Source: an uncultured Candidatus Rokubacteria bacterium (GTDB lineage: Bacteria > Methylomirabilota > Methylomirabilia > Rokubacteriales > CSP1-6). From it: a DNA stretch of 64,000 bases. Positions 1 through 9,696 of the stretch are shown here, piece after piece (positions within the stretch are counted from its first letter, which is position 1; each line of letters begins with the position of its first letter). The position numbers and the translations under genes were made by a program. The notes beneath the pieces were generated by a model. The model was not told the DNA's origin. It worked only from the letters and a program-made list of their open reading frames with translations, and did not search any database. Location of the stretch: positions 864,001-928,000 of the forward strand of contig CAVYTA010000005.1 in the NCBI GenBank assembly GCA_963771355.1. Direction: 5' to 3'.

Positions 1-142
1 GGGCAAGGACATCGATGGCGATCACGTTCCAGTCGGTGATCTCGTCGGCGCGAGCGGATACGATCCCCGCAAGAGCCATGAACCCCCAGAGCGTCAGGAT
101 CACGAGGGCGAGTCTGAGGAGTCGACGTCGTCGTCCGTCCAT
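1..142 (-). CDS. N-terminus of a secreted protein, possibly vanadium haloperoxidase/PAP2-like (runs off window edge)
   Basis: Manual translation MDGRRRRLLRLALVILTLWGFMALAGIVSARA-DEITDWNVIAIDVL: signal peptide with ARA cleavage site, then a D-x-x-x-D-W-N motif; GGAGG RBS upstream. Confidence 0.55.
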   Translation of the reverse strand, partial: MDGRRRRLLRLALVILTLWGFMALAGIVSARADEITDWNVIAIDVLA

Positions 143-310
143 GGGGGACCTCCGGAGAGGAGCTCCATCCTTCACGCGAGTGCCACTGGATCAGCAACGG
201 GGAGAATGACCATCAGACTAGGAAACTTCGGGAGGAGAGTCAAGTTACCCCTGTGCTTACTCCGTGCGGAGGGCTGCGAATCTGAGGATCATGCGCACTT
301 TGCTCGGAGC

Positions 311-345
311 CCCACGAGCGCCGAGGTGAGCTCGACGCTCGTGGG
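311..345. terminator. GC-rich hairpin downstream of the small Cys protein gene
   Basis: cccacgagcg (311-320) pairs with cgctcgtggg (336-345). Confidence 0.4.
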
Positions 346-359
346 CGAGGTCCAGGGGA

Positions 360-533
360 TCAGATCTTCGTGAGCTGACCGGAGTGGATCAGCTCCACCA
401 GCAGGTTCCACTCTTCCTTCTTGAGCACGGCGAGGTTGCCCGCCTCCCCGATACGGACCTCGTCACCGACCGCCTCGACGTCGGGGCACTGCCCGCAACC
501 GGCTGGGCACAGGGTCACTTTGAACGTGTTCAT
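360..533 (-). CDS. 57-aa Cys-rich small protein (CPAGCGQCP), putative metal binder
   Basis: ATG at 533 with AGGAGGT RBS; directly downstream of the MerR-family gene. Confidence 0.7.
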   Translation of the reverse strand: MNTFKVTLCPAGCGQCPDVEAVGDEVRIGEAGNLAVLKKEEWNLLVELIHSGQLTKI

Positions 534-538
534 CTTGT

Positions 539-982
539 TCACCTCCTCTCCGTTCTGACTGATAGACCTTTCTGACTGATAGACTTTCGATACAGGGACA
601 GACCGCGGCCGGGCGATGGCGGGCTGGACCTCCACGACCGGAGCAATCCGCGGAGCTGCCCGCGAACCTGCTCCAGATCGGTCAGCACCCGCTCGATGTT
701 CTCAAGCTTGACGTTGACGAGACGCAGGACGTGCGTGCACGGGGTCTGCCCGGAACGCTTGAGCGCCGCAATCTGCTTGATCTCATCCAGCCGGAAGCCG
801 AGCCGCCGCGCCTGAGTGACAAACACGAGCAGCGCCAGCGTGTCGTCGGTGTAGACGCGATACCCAGCGGCCGTGCGGCGGGCGGGAGGTAAGATGCCGG
901 CTCGCTCATAGAGGCGAAGCGCCTTGCGGCTGACGCCACTCTTCGCCGCTACCTCACCGATCAGCAGCCCGCTCCTCGCCAT
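539..982 (-). CDS. MerR-family heavy-metal-responsive regulator, C-terminal frameshift
   Basis: LIGEVAAKSGVSRKALRLYE...GYRVY HTH and PCTHV; the metal-binding AAVCPCIES segment lies in another frame near 585-610. Confidence 0.85.
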   Translation of the reverse strand: MARSGLLIGEVAAKSGVSRKALRLYERAGILPPARRTAAGYRVYTDDTLALLVFVTQARRLGFRLDEIKQIAALKRSGQTPCTHVLRLVNVKLENIERVLTDLEQVRGQLRGLLRSWRSSPPSPGRGLSLYRKSISQKGLSVRTERR

Positions 983-988
983 GAATGG

Positions 989-1020
989 AGGGTAAACCCT
1001 GCCCCCGAGGGCAAGGTCAA
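989..1020 (-). promoter_or_regulatory. MerR-type long-spacer promoter/operator for the merR-small protein unit
   Basis: Minus strand TTGACC-20 nt-TACCCT with dyad ACCTTGCCC..GGGCAGGGT (CueR-box-like); ATG 6 nt after the -10. Confidence 0.7.
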
Positions 1021-1159
1021 GGGGGTTTGTAAGTTACGGCGAGCCGCCCCGGTCGGTGCCCGCCTCGCCGTGACCGGGGAGAAGGAGTATATTGCGTTCG
1101 GCGGCCTCGAGAAGGCTAGCAGATCAGTACCGGCCGGCGGCAACACGGAGGGGCCCAAC

Positions 1160-1324
1160 ATGCCGCACTATGAGTTCCACTGCGAGCGGTGCAAGAAGGA
1201 CGTGGTCCTCCCGTTGTCCATCAGGGACCGGGAGCGGGGGGACTACACATGTCCCGGCTGCGGAGGCAAGAAGCTGCAGCCGCTGATGGCCACGTTCTTC
1301 TCCCAAACGTCCAGAAAAGCGTGA
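1160..1324 (+). CDS. FmdB-family zinc ribbon protein
   Basis: MPHYEFHCERC...CPGCG; GGAGG RBS. Confidence 0.85.
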   Translation: MPHYEFHCERCKKDVVLPLSIRDRERGDYTCPGCGGKKLQPLMATFFSQTSRKA

Positions 1325-1334
1325 GGAGGAGCCC

Positions 1335-1862
1335 ATGAACTTGAAGGGTAAGCGGATTGCGATCCTGGCCGAAAACCTCTACCAAGAGATGGAGCTATGG
1401 GTGCCGTATTACCGCATGAAGGAGGAGGGGGCCGAGGTCAAGGTGGTGGGCGCCGGCGGGAGCCGGTCCTACACCTCCAAGCACGGTTACCCGGTCACGG
1501 TTGATGTCCAGGCCGACGCCGTGACCGCGGTGGAGTTCGACGCGGTGATCGTGCCGGGCGGGTATGCGCCGGACATGATGCGGCGGCATGATGCCATGGT
1601 GAAGCTGGTGCGGGAGGCCGCCCAGGGAGGCAAGGTGGTTGCGGCCATCTGCCATGCGGGGTGGATGCTGGCCAGCGCGGGGGTCATCAAGGGCAAGAAG
1701 GTCACCTCCTTCTTCTCCATCAAGGACGACATGGTGAACGCGGGCGGTCAGTGGTCGGACAGCGAGGTGGTGGTGGACGGCAACTTGATCACCTCGCGGA
1801 AGCCCGACGACCTCCCCGCCTTCTGCCGCGAGATCGTCCGGGCGCTGAGCAAGGCCGGCTAG
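1335..1862 (+). CDS. PfpI/DJ-1 family protein (type 1 glutamine amidotransferase-like)
   Basis: DAVIVPGG, AAICHAG, VVVDGNLITSRKPDDLPAF. Confidence 0.92.
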   Translation: MNLKGKRIAILAENLYQEMELWVPYYRMKEEGAEVKVVGAGGSRSYTSKHGYPVTVDVQADAVTAVEFDAVIVPGGYAPDMMRRHDAMVKLVREAAQGGKVVAAICHAGWMLASAGVIKGKKVTSFFSIKDDMVNAGGQWSDSEVVVDGNLITSRKPDDLPAFCREIVRALSKAG

Positions 1863-1952
1863 CCTTCGTTCGCCGAATCCGACCCCCTCGCCCCGCCGGC
1901 CGGCCCAGGCGGGGCAGGGGGCCGGACCTCACCCCCCACAGGAGGAGACTCC

Positions 1953-2426
1953 ATGAACCAGCTGGCAACAGTCGCCGCGATGCTCGTCGCGCTCGTCACG
2001 CTCATGCCGACGGCCGGGAGCCCCCAGGGCCACGGTGACCACGTGATGGTCACCCCGGCGGACCTCAAGTGGGCCGATGTGCCCTCGCTGCCGCCCGGCG
2101 CCAAGGTCGCCGTGATCGAGGGACCGATGAACGAGGCCAAGCCCTTCACGATGCGCCTGCGGCTCCCTGCCGACTACCAGGTCCCTGCGCACTTTCACAG
2201 CGCGATCGAGCACGTCACCGTGATCAGCGGCACCTTCAACATGGGCACCGGCGACAAGCTCGACACCAAGGCGACGCGGGCCCTCGGAGCGGGCAGCATC
2301 GCGATCATGCAGCCCGGCACCCGCCACTTCGCATGGACCAAGGAGGAAACCGTCGTCCAGGTCCACGGCGTGGGTCCGTGGACGGTCACCTACGTGAACC
2401 CGGCGGACGACCCGCGCAAGAAGTAG
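1953..2426 (+). CDS. Secreted cupin-domain protein (DUF4437-like)
   Basis: Signal peptide; PAHFHSAIEHVTVISG...PGTRHFAW cupin motifs. Confidence 0.8.
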   Translation: MNQLATVAAMLVALVTLMPTAGSPQGHGDHVMVTPADLKWADVPSLPPGAKVAVIEGPMNEAKPFTMRLRLPADYQVPAHFHSAIEHVTVISGTFNMGTGDKLDTKATRALGAGSIAIMQPGTRHFAWTKEETVVQVHGVGPWTVTYVNPADDPRKK

Positions 2427-2480
2427 CAACGGCGCGCGCCGGGCGGCCCGCGCACCCCGGTCGCCCGGCGCGCCGCAGCC

Positions 2481-2786
2481 TCAGCGGAGCATCCAGGGCA
2501 TCACCCAGAGCGCTAGCGAGGCCGGCGTAGCGATCCAGAGCATGACGCGCTGCTGGTGCCCCCCAGCGCCTCGACGGTATGCGAAGTAGTGCCCGAGGGC
2601 GAGCGAGGCGATCGACACGGGAATCAGGACGATCTGCAGCTCCGCCATCCTGGCGGCGAGAGCTCCGCTCGCCACGCCCAGCACTCCGAGCGAGGCGGTC
2701 AGGAGCGTCGCCGGTCAGAGAACCCAGAGGAACGCCGAGCCAGCCGACAGCCCGCTTGACCATCCCACCTTGTGATCATTCAACAT
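2481..2786 (-). CDS. MerT-like small membrane protein with in-frame TGA (putative selenocysteine) at codon 24
   Basis: ATG at 2786 with AAAGGA RBS; MLNDHKVGWSSGLSAGSAFLWVL-TGA(2715-2717)-PATLL... continues in frame into the 2481-2684 ORF; TM layout resembles MerT. Confidence 0.6.
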
Positions 2787-3450
2787 GTGCGATTCCTTTC
2801 TTGGTCCACGTGTCAGCGTCTGGGACTCGCCCACCGGGGGTGGGCTGGGCTATGCCGCGATAGAGGTACGAGCCCACCCGGGGTCCCGCAATGTAGCCCC
2901 GATTCACCTCCAAGGCTTCGAACCCACCCGATCGCAAGAGCCGGTCGATCGGTCGGTTCCAGTGGCAGCCACCCGCCACCCTCCGCCAGAGCGGCGTGAG
3001 CCGATCTTGCCACCGGACAACTGTCGGATCCGGCGAGCGTCCATGCTCGATGAAGATCAGCCGGCCCTGGGGCCGTAGCACACGACGCACCTCCTTGAGA
3101 GCCGCCACGGGATCCGGGATCGTGCAGAGCGTCCAGGTTGTAACGACGTCGTCCACCGACCCGGCCGCAAGCGGAATGGCCTCTGCCGGCCGGCAGAGGA
3201 ACTCCACCGGGAAGGCCGCGCCCTCCGCCCGCGAACGGGCCATCCGGAGCAGCTCCTCCGAGGGGTCCAGCGCGTAGAGCTTCAGCACCTCTCGGCTGTA
3301 GATCGGAAGGTTGAGTCCCGAGCCCACTCCGACCTCGAGGACCACACCTCTCGCCAGGGATACCCAGCGCGCCCGCTCGGGGCGGAGCGTACGGCTCCGC
3401 ATGGCGAGATCGGTGAGCGTCGGCAACACATGCTTGCGGTAGAGACCCAT
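2776..3450 (-). CDS. Class I SAM-dependent methyltransferase
   Basis: VLEVGVGSG motif I, DDVVTTWTLCTI, GGCHWNR. Confidence 0.9.
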   Translation of the reverse strand: MGLYRKHVLPTLTDLAMRSRTLRPERARWVSLARGVVLEVGVGSGLNLPIYSREVLKLYALDPSEELLRMARSRAEGAAFPVEFLCRPAEAIPLAAGSVDDVVTTWTLCTIPDPVAALKEVRRVLRPQGRLIFIEHGRSPDPTVVRWQDRLTPLWRRVAGGCHWNRPIDRLLRSGGFEALEVNRGYIAGPRVGSYLYRGIAQPTPGGRVPDADTWTKKGIAHVE

Positions 3451-3475
3451 CAGCCACCTCCTAGTAGCCAACCGC

Positions 3476-4181
3476 TCACCGGTGCATCTCCTGGCCCAAG
3501 GCTGCGACCAGCATCTGCACTACGGTGTCCTGCGCTACTCGCGGGTCGAACGGCTGCGGAGACGGATCCCAGTGGCGATGAACGGCCCAGAAGACCAGCG
3601 TCTCGATGATGAGCCGGGCGGCCACCATCGGGTCTGGGACCGGGCGCAACCGCCCCGCCCGGATGCCCCGCTCGAGGTATTGGGTCAGCAGGACCAGCAA
3701 CGCCTCGCGCCCCTGCGTGAACCAGAGCTTCGCGAGCGCCGGGTATTCAACCGCGCATCGGTCGACGAGCTTGATGCCGGTCCTGTTCCGCGCCATGGTT
3801 TCGTAGAGCTCACCCAGGATCCTGGTCAGCTCGGTCGCGTCCCCGGCGCCTCCGTGCCGCCTGAGTGCGACGAGGAGCGTCGGGCTCGCCGGCTGCTCGC
3901 GCGAGCCGCTGCTTGACCCACTGAAGAGTCCGGCCGCGGGCAGGCGTGCGGACCGGCAGACTTGGCGGCAGCGCGATCGGGCGCGGCGCGTCAGCGGAGC
4001 GGAGCACCGTGTCGAAGAGGGCGTCCTTGCTCTTCACGTAGAGGTAGACCGTACCCTTCGCCAGGCCCATCGCTTCGGCGATGTCACTCATCTGGGTGCG
4101 TCGGTACCCCTGGGCAATGAAGACACGCGTCGCAGCGTCGATGAGATCCTGAAAGCGCGAAGCGGGCACCCTGCGTGGCAC
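3476..4181 (-). CDS. TetR/AcrR regulator, frameshifted near 3800-3880
   Basis: HTH DIAEAMGLAKGTVYLY in ORF 3810-4181; C-terminal domain in ORF 3476-3796. Confidence 0.8.
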
Positions 4182-4188
4182 GGCTCCG

Positions 4189-4216
4189 ACTTTACATGAC
4201 CGACCCGGTCAGTCAA
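4189..4216 (-). promoter_or_regulatory. TetR promoter with overlapping palindromic operator
   Basis: Dyad TGACCGACC-C-GGTCAGTCA (4197-4215) overlapping TTGACT-16 nt-TAAAGT. Confidence 0.65.
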
Positions 4217-4261
4217 CTAGATTTTTCGAGGCCCCCGCTCGCCGGGGCTCTCTCGCCCTTC

Positions 4262-4693
4262 TCATCCGTCGCCCGCTCTGGCCGCCCGATCAGCGGCGAT
4301 GGTCTTCAACGAATCCTGTTCCAGCTTGAGCACGTGCTTGGCTACTACCCGGTAGGTCCACTGGTTGGGTGCGGTCTCACTGTTGAACTGCTCGTCGGTC
4401 AGCCCGATGAGTGAGCCGATCAGTCGCGCCCGCTCGGCGAGCCACTCGGCCAGGAGGCGTTGCATTGGCGACGCCGTGATCCGCGCCTCGTAGCGGCCCT
4501 CGAGGATCTGCGCGGTATGGATCTTTTCGTGATCGATATCGTTCGTGATGAGGGTCCAGACGTCCTTTCCTTGCGCGCAAGAGTGCGAGGATGGCGCCGC
4601 GAGCTCCCGATCGGACGCCTCGAGCAGGGCGTCCATGGTAGTCATCGTCTGCTCCATCAGCTCACGGATCGCACTGTGGACAGTCGCTGCCAT
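4262..4693 (-). CDS. DinB-like helical protein
   Basis: DHEKIH and WTYRVVAKHV motifs; GGAGG RBS. Confidence 0.6.
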   Translation of the reverse strand: MAATVHSAIRELMEQTMTTMDALLEASDRELAAPSSHSCAQGKDVWTLITNDIDHEKIHTAQILEGRYEARITASPMQRLLAEWLAERARLIGSLIGLTDEQFNSETAPNQWTYRVVAKHVLKLEQDSLKTIAADRAARAGDG

Positions 4694-4741
4694 AGTTGCC
4701 TCCTGTCGGAGAGTCACCGCTTCGCCAGGGTCCAGAGGCCG

Positions 4742-5680
4742 TCATCGCCTGGTCGGTGCCTTTGCGTACGATACCGCGGCTCGACCCGGACCGCCGGCCG
4801 CTTCAAGCAGGTCCACGAAGGCTCGTCCGCTCGCCCCCAGCGTTCGGGCCTCGTTGTGGATCACGTGAAAGTGACGTCGAATGCGATGCCCACGAAGCCG
4901 GAGCGCGGATAGCTGCCCGGTTCGGAGCTCGCCGACAATCGCGTGCGACGACACGAACGCGACGCCCAAGCCCGCCATCACCGCCTGCTTGATCGCCTCG
5001 GTGTGGCCCAGCTCCATCGTGGGTCCGATTCGGGCGCCGACGTGCTGCAGCGCTCGCTCGGTGACCTGACGACTGGCCGACCCCTCCTCCCGGATGAGCA
5101 GCCGTTCCGCGCCGAGCAGGTTGGGGGCGATCTCGCGGCGTCGGCTCCAACGATGCCCCGGCGGCACAATGAGCACCAGCTCATCACAAATTCCCTTGGC
5201 CAGGCATTCCTCGCCGGGGGGGAACCCGTGTCCCCCGACCACGCCGAGATCGAGCTCGTTGGCGCGGATCTGTGCCTCGATGTCGGCTGAATTGGCGATC
5301 CGCACGCGCAGGGTGATCCCGGGGTACTGCCTCTGGAAGCGAGCGGCGAGGTGAGGGAGAACGTAGATCCCGGGAGTGGTACTGGCGCCGATCAGCAGCG
5401 AGCCGCGCTTCAGCCCCTCGAGCTCGGCGACGGTCTCGCGCGCGCTGGCAAGGGTCGCGAGGACACGTTGTGCGTGCTCCTCGAAGATTCGCCCGGCCTC
5501 GGTGAGAGCGACTCGCCGATTGAGCCGGTCGAAGAGGCGGGCGCCCAGCTCTCGTTCGAGCTCCGCTACGTGCTGAGAGAGGGCCGGTTGACTGAGGTGC
5601 AGAACCTCCGCCGCGGCCCGGAAGCTTCCGGCGCGCGCCACCGCGAGAAATACCTCGACCTGCCGGAGGGTGATCTGCAT
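4742..5680 (-). CDS. LysR-family regulator, CysL-like
   Basis: LSQPALSQHV HTH; GASTTPGIYVLP, REEGSASR, EAIKQAVMAGLG. Confidence 0.92.
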   Translation of the reverse strand: MQITLRQVEVFLAVARAGSFRAAAEVLHLSQPALSQHVAELERELGARLFDRLNRRVALTEAGRIFEEHAQRVLATLASARETVAELEGLKRGSLLIGASTTPGIYVLPHLAARFQRQYPGITLRVRIANSADIEAQIRANELDLGVVGGHGFPPGEECLAKGICDELVLIVPPGHRWSRRREIAPNLLGAERLLIREEGSASRQVTERALQHVGARIGPTMELGHTEAIKQAVMAGLGVAFVSSHAIVGELRTGQLSALRLRGHRIRRHFHVIHNEARTLGASGRAFVDLLEAAGGPGRAAVSYAKAPTRR

Positions 5681-5751
5681 AAGCCAGGCCTTATCGAACG
5701 GATAACAACACGCGATTGGAGCTTAATCAAGCCTGCCCTTAGCTTCGAGGT

Positions 5752-6580
5752 GTGGATCTCGTTGCGCAGGAGCCCACGGTTCGGGTGGCAATCTTCGCCG
5801 CGGCCTTGAGCTTGGTCGCGGCCGGCGAGATCGTGGCCCCGCGGCGCCCCCTCACCGTCCCCCGCCGGTCTCGATGGCCCAGCAACCTCGCCATCGTTCT
5901 TCTCAACACCCTCTTGGTGCGGGCGTTGCTCCCCGTGACCGCGGTGAGCATGGCCATGCTGGCGGAGGAGCGAGGTTGGGGACTCTTTCACGCGTCCGGA
6001 CCCTTACCCGCCTGGCTCGTCGTTCCGGTTACCGTGGTCTTCCTGGATCTCGCCATTTACCTCCAGCACGTCCTCTTTCATGCCGTGCCTATTCTGTGGC
6101 GGTTGCATCGCATGCATCACGCCGACCTGGACGTGGACGTGACCACGGGCGCGCGGTTCCATCCCCTCGAGATCGTGCTTTCGATGCTCCTGAAGTTCGG
6201 GGTGATCGCCGCGCTCGGAGCTCCGCCGCTCGCCGTCCTCGTGTTCGAGCTCCTTCTCAGTACCGGCTCCCTGTTCAACCATGGAAATCTTCGTCTGCCG
6301 CTTCCGAGCCGACGGAATCCTCCGCTGGATCGTCGTGACCCCCGATATGCATCGCGTCCACCACTCCGTTGCCCCGGGGGAGACCAATCGCAATTTCGGG
6401 TTCACGTTCTCCTGGTGGGATTGGATCGGCGGAACCTACCGGGCGCAGCCAGCCGGCGGCCACGCCCGAATGTTGCTCGGGATCGCTCAGTTCCGGGACG
6501 TGAGCGACCTACGCCTTGATCGCCTCTTGCTCCAGCCTCTTCTCGACGGCCCGGGGTCGTCGATAGGTACGGGCCGCTAG
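5752..6580 (+). CDS. Sterol desaturase/fatty acid hydroxylase family, frameshift near 6300
   Basis: His boxes QHVLFH and LHRMHH, FNHGN, then VTPDMHRVHHS in the second frame. Confidence 0.85.
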
Positions 6581-6718
6581 TGTTGGCCTGGTCCCGTCCC
6601 GACCGGTCGGGCAATCCCCCGATCCAAGACCTCCCCGGTCGCCTTGGGCACGAAGCGAACGCGTTCCGCCTGTGCCGCCTTGTTCTTCATGGCGAGCTCG
6701 ATGAGTGTCGGCACATAC

Positions 6719-7856
6719 TTAGCGTAGACGCCCATCCCCCTCCTCTCGCCGGGATGCTTCGTAGCGTTGTCTAATGTCGGCCTCGGTCACTGGATACGCC
6801 GGTACAAGATCGCCATCGAGATTGCGGCGGATCACTCCGCTGTCGATTGCTCGCTCCTCCGCTCTGGCCTTGTCGTCGCTCGACCATCCGCGCGTCACCG
6901 GTAAACGCGAGAACTTCCCATAGTGAACGAGCGATTCCACCCAGGCCACCTCTTCGCTTCCCAGCCGTTCTCTCGCGCACTGGAGAAGCTCCTCGGAGGC
7001 CATCTCCAGGCGGCGCAATACAAAGCGGCCCGGTATCGCGAGGTCCGCATACTGCTCGAAAGCGTCTCGCATACCGTCGGAGGATCGTGCCGCGCGTCGT
7101 GATCCGCCCCACCCCGGTATCCCGCCCCGCCTTCCGTCACTTGCTCCTGGCGATGAAACACCGCCAGGAATGATCCGTCCACGACGTAGAACTTCTGGTG
7201 GATCCGATCCCGCTCGAGAACCATGACGTCTATCCCGTGTTCTTCGATATCGCGCCTGACGATCTTCAGCCCATGGGCGATGACCTCGTCGAGATCGACC
7301 ACTCGACGGTAGGTCACTCCGGCACCGAGCCGGTCGCTCAAGGTCGCCCAGAACGACGCCACCTGCGGTAGTCGAGGGGACTTGCTGACCGCCACGATGG
7401 TCCGGCGGGCCTGCCCCATGGCCTCACAAATCAACTGCGCAAACTCATCCGTCGTCGCGGCGTCCCACTCGTGGTGGGCGAGCGCCGCTGCGAACGGTCG
7501 ATGAGCCGGCTGGCGACCGCGATGATCTCATCGCATATGCCGTCGCAGAATGTCCCGCCGGCATCGCCTCGTTAGTGCGCCATAGCAGCTCCGAGCTCAG
7601 GGACCGCCAGGCGATGTTCGGACTGATCGCATAGTACTGACGGCGTCGCAATCTCCGATACACACTGCCGACAAGACCCCGTTCCTGTAGCTGCCGCAGC
7701 GCACTGCCGACCTCGGTCGAGCACTCCGCTGAGCATCGACACGATCGCTCTCTTCGGCACCGGACCGCACGTCAACACGACCCCATACACTTGGGTCGCG
7801 GTCCGATCGAACCCGAGCTCGCTCATGAGCTGAAACAGCCGCACTCTATCGTCCAA
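6719..7856 (-). pseudogene. TrmB-like regulator (HTH plus PLD-like domain), several frameshifts
   Basis: ELGFDRTATQVYGVVL start, YYAISPNIA and HQKFYVVD segments lie in successive frames. Confidence 0.55.
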
Positions 7857-7859
7857 CCC

Positions 7860-9061
7860 GTCCCCGCCTTTCGCCCCTGAGCATATTACGAAGTGCTTCG
7901 AGCGCGGCTCGCCGCCCGTGGCCCAGAGCGCGGCCGCGGCGAGCGTGCCGATCACGCCCGCCGCGCCCCCCGCCGCGAAGCCCACGACATACCCATGCTG
8001 CGTGATGATGGGCCCCAGCCCAAAGGAACCGAGCGCGAACCCCAGATAGAGGGACGTGCTATAGCCCCCCATGACGAGCCCCCTGGTCGCGGGCGTCGCG
8101 GCGGACGCCAGGGCTACGCCAACGGCGACAAACGCGATCCCGCTGACCGCACCGAAGACGGCCACCAGCAGGAGCAAGGGCGTCTGGCCACCGACGTGAG
8201 GCAGAAGAATCGTCGCGACAGATGCGACCAGGACGCCAACGATTGCGCAGGGAGCGGGCCGCCCGGTGCGATCCACGAGCCAGCCCGCCGGCAACCGGGC
8301 CACCGTGTTGGCGAGCCGAGGACGAGGAATACGAAGCCGATGGCTGCGGGCGTGAGTCCTCGATCATGGCCGAGCAGCGGAAAGAAGCTGAAGACGACAC
8401 CCTGAATGAGAAGGCCGCTGATGGACAGGATCCACCCGGCCCAGACGGCGGCATTGCCTCTGATGTCGGTAAACGTTGCGCCGGATCGAGAGGTCGGAAG
8501 GGCGGGGGGCCGAATGGGGAGGACGAGGCCAACGATCAGAGCGAAGGCGACGCCGACGGCGCTCGTAACGAATGCGGCACGGTAGCCCCACCATTCGGCA
8601 GCGAGGCCGCCCAGGTACGGCCCGACTCCAATCGCTGCCATAGTGCGCCGTCGAGTACCACGCGAAGGCGTGTCCAGCCCGGCCCGGAGCCGCCGCGTCG
8701 CCCACCAACGAGAGGGCGCTCGGTGTGAACGCCGCCACTCCGAGACCCGCGAGGCCATAGATTGCCATCAGGGCGAGCGGATCTCGACCAGAGGGAGGAG
8801 CAGGGAGGTCCCGATGCTGACGATCATTCCTCCTAGCAGGAACCGGCGCCGGCCCCAAACGTCCGAGGCACGACCGAACGGGATGGAGCCGACCGCCGCC
8901 ACCATCATGTGCGCACCGAGGATCAGCCCGACCCCCGTGGCGGAGGCCCCGTGGGTGACGGCATAGAGGGGCAGGATCGGACCACGCATCTGCGCCGCGG
9001 CGTAGTGGAGGAACGTAAGCAGGCAAACGACGGCGAGAACGCTAAGAGGATTCGACGCCAA
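7860..9061 (-). pseudogene. MFS transporter, several frameshifts
   Basis: GRASDVWGRRRF and GWLVDRTG motif-A copies across four frames. Confidence 0.8.
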
Positions 9062-9210
9062 GGCAAAGTCCCCCTGTCAACAGCTTTGAGGGACCTTACA
9101 GTCGCGGGCCTGGAGGCCCACGAACCCGTGGATCGAGGAGCGACCCACATCATTCCCTAACGTCGCCCTCGACAATAGTCTTCCATCGGACGTTCGTCAA
9201 GCTAAGCGGT

Positions 9211-9480
9211 CTATCGTTCTTCCGCTGCGTACGCCCCATACGCGAACGTCCGACGGTACGTGCGACCACAAGATCGAACCGTATCACCCGGCTACCGGGA
9301 GGCCACGTCATCGCAGGCGGGGCAGTCGCCCGGTGAGCGAGCGTCGCGGACCAGCGACCGGCGTCTTCTACACGCGCAGAGCGTGTCCCGCGCAGTGTGG
9401 GCACTCCACCAGGTCCCCCGACCGGGTTCCGTCGGGCAACGCGATCAGCGCGCCACAGTCGGGGCAGCCACTACCGGCAT
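9211..9480 (-). pseudogene. Double zinc-ribbon (LysW-like) Cys-rich protein, frameshifted
   Basis: Pieces CPDCGALIALPDGTRSGDLVECPHC and CPACDD...GDTVRSCGRTYRRTFAYGAYAAEER; ATG overlaps the upstream TGA (TGATG). Confidence 0.6.
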
Positions 9481-9695
9481 CACCGAATCCCAAGAGCCGC
9501 TGCAGCCGTCGCGGTCAAGCCGACGACAACTCGTCGTCTACGGTGATGACGGGGACTGCATCGCCCGGTTCGCGTGATGAGCTCATCGCGCGTGCGGATC
9601 TCGGAACGTTTTGGCGTGAAGGCGAGGCATGAGAAAGAAACTCTTTCGCGCTGAAAGCTGTAGGTGAGAATGACGGTGATCTGCCGAGTCGCCAC
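9480..9695 (-). pseudogene. Glutaredoxin/NrdH-like redoxin, heavily degraded
   Basis: Pieces in shifting frames: RQITV, AKEFLS, RDELITRTG, VPVITVDD. Confidence 0.5.
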
Positions 9696-9696
9696 G

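Noticed and set aside
1322..1324. Sec readthrough at the FmdB TGA
   Set aside because: It is at the natural end of the domain and is immediately followed by the RBS of the next gene
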